DNA of 64,000 nucleotides from Lachnospiraceae bacterium UBA7182 (GTDB lineage Bacteria; Bacillota; Clostridia; Lachnospirales; Lachnospiraceae): NCBI GenBank assembly GCA_002491115.1, contig DKVI01000071.1, positions 4,618 to 68,617 of the forward strand, read 5' to 3'. Shown piece by piece: positions 63,853 to 64,000 of this stretch (position 1 is its first letter; each line of letters starts with the position of its first letter). The notes under the pieces were generated by a model. It saw only the letters and a program-made list of their open reading frames with translations, ran no database searches and was not told where the DNA came from. The position numbers and the translations under genes were made by a program.

Positions 63853-64000
63853 ATTTCATCTCCCCGCTGGAACATCAATCTTTTTTAAATGTTTCAATCA
63901 TTTTTTATTATAAAGGACTTTCCTGTCTGATACAATATCTTTCTTTCGCTCCCTTATACCAGGAAGCCTACAGGTCTTTTACTTTTTGATTCTTTCAGCA

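Overview
64-kb chromosomal window that looks like a Gram-positive anaerobe of the Clostridia, probably Lachnospiraceae-like. This is inferred from GGAGG ribosome-binding sites, Cheo-type LexA boxes, the asp23/DAK2/recG/rpmB neighbourhood and overall gene content; no database search was possible. About 60 protein genes and 2 tRNAs are supported.

Housekeeping blocks:
- a complete F-type ATP synthase operon (atpBEF-A-G-D-C, minus strand) in which only the C-terminal domain of subunit delta is present, fused to the N-terminus of alpha
- lexA
- recG, a DAK2-domain protein, asp23 and rpmB
- tRNA-Ala(CGC) and tRNA-Val(CAC)

Regulated and transport modules:
- a GntR/ABC-2 module
- a Bce-like two-component system plus ABC/FtsX module
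- a VanRS-like two-component system, an unknown protein and a VanY-like carboxypeptidase
- an ECF sigma/anti-sigma pair
- two MATE pumps, an NSS transporter, an AEC transporter and an EamA transporter
- a four-gene sugar operon (class II aldolase, fucose-isomerase-like protein, FGGY kinase, DUF4432 epimerase-like protein)

Most interesting content:
1. An orphan, translationally coupled MotA/MotB-type stator pair with coiled-coil extensions (19.5-21.5 kb). No flagellar, Ton, Tol or Zorya effector partner is present anywhere in the window.
2. Two paralogous DUF3990 / DUF3791-like two-gene modules. One partner is fused to an XRE HTH, which gives a toxin-antitoxin-like architecture.
3. A decaying accessory zone (31-44 kb). 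It holds four NTPase + PD-(D/E)xK fusion genes in different states of decay, a tyrosine recombinase, a PARG-type macrodomain protein, an M48/DUF45 peptidase and gene relics.
4. An SOS-controlled YneA-like LysM gene with three LexA boxes.
5. Several unexplained non-coding repeats, at 2790-2944, 29153-29250 and 39725-39900.

No CRISPR array, rRNA, transposase, reverse transcriptase or prophage structural genes were seen. All family assignments come from motif recognition by eye and need HMM confirmation.
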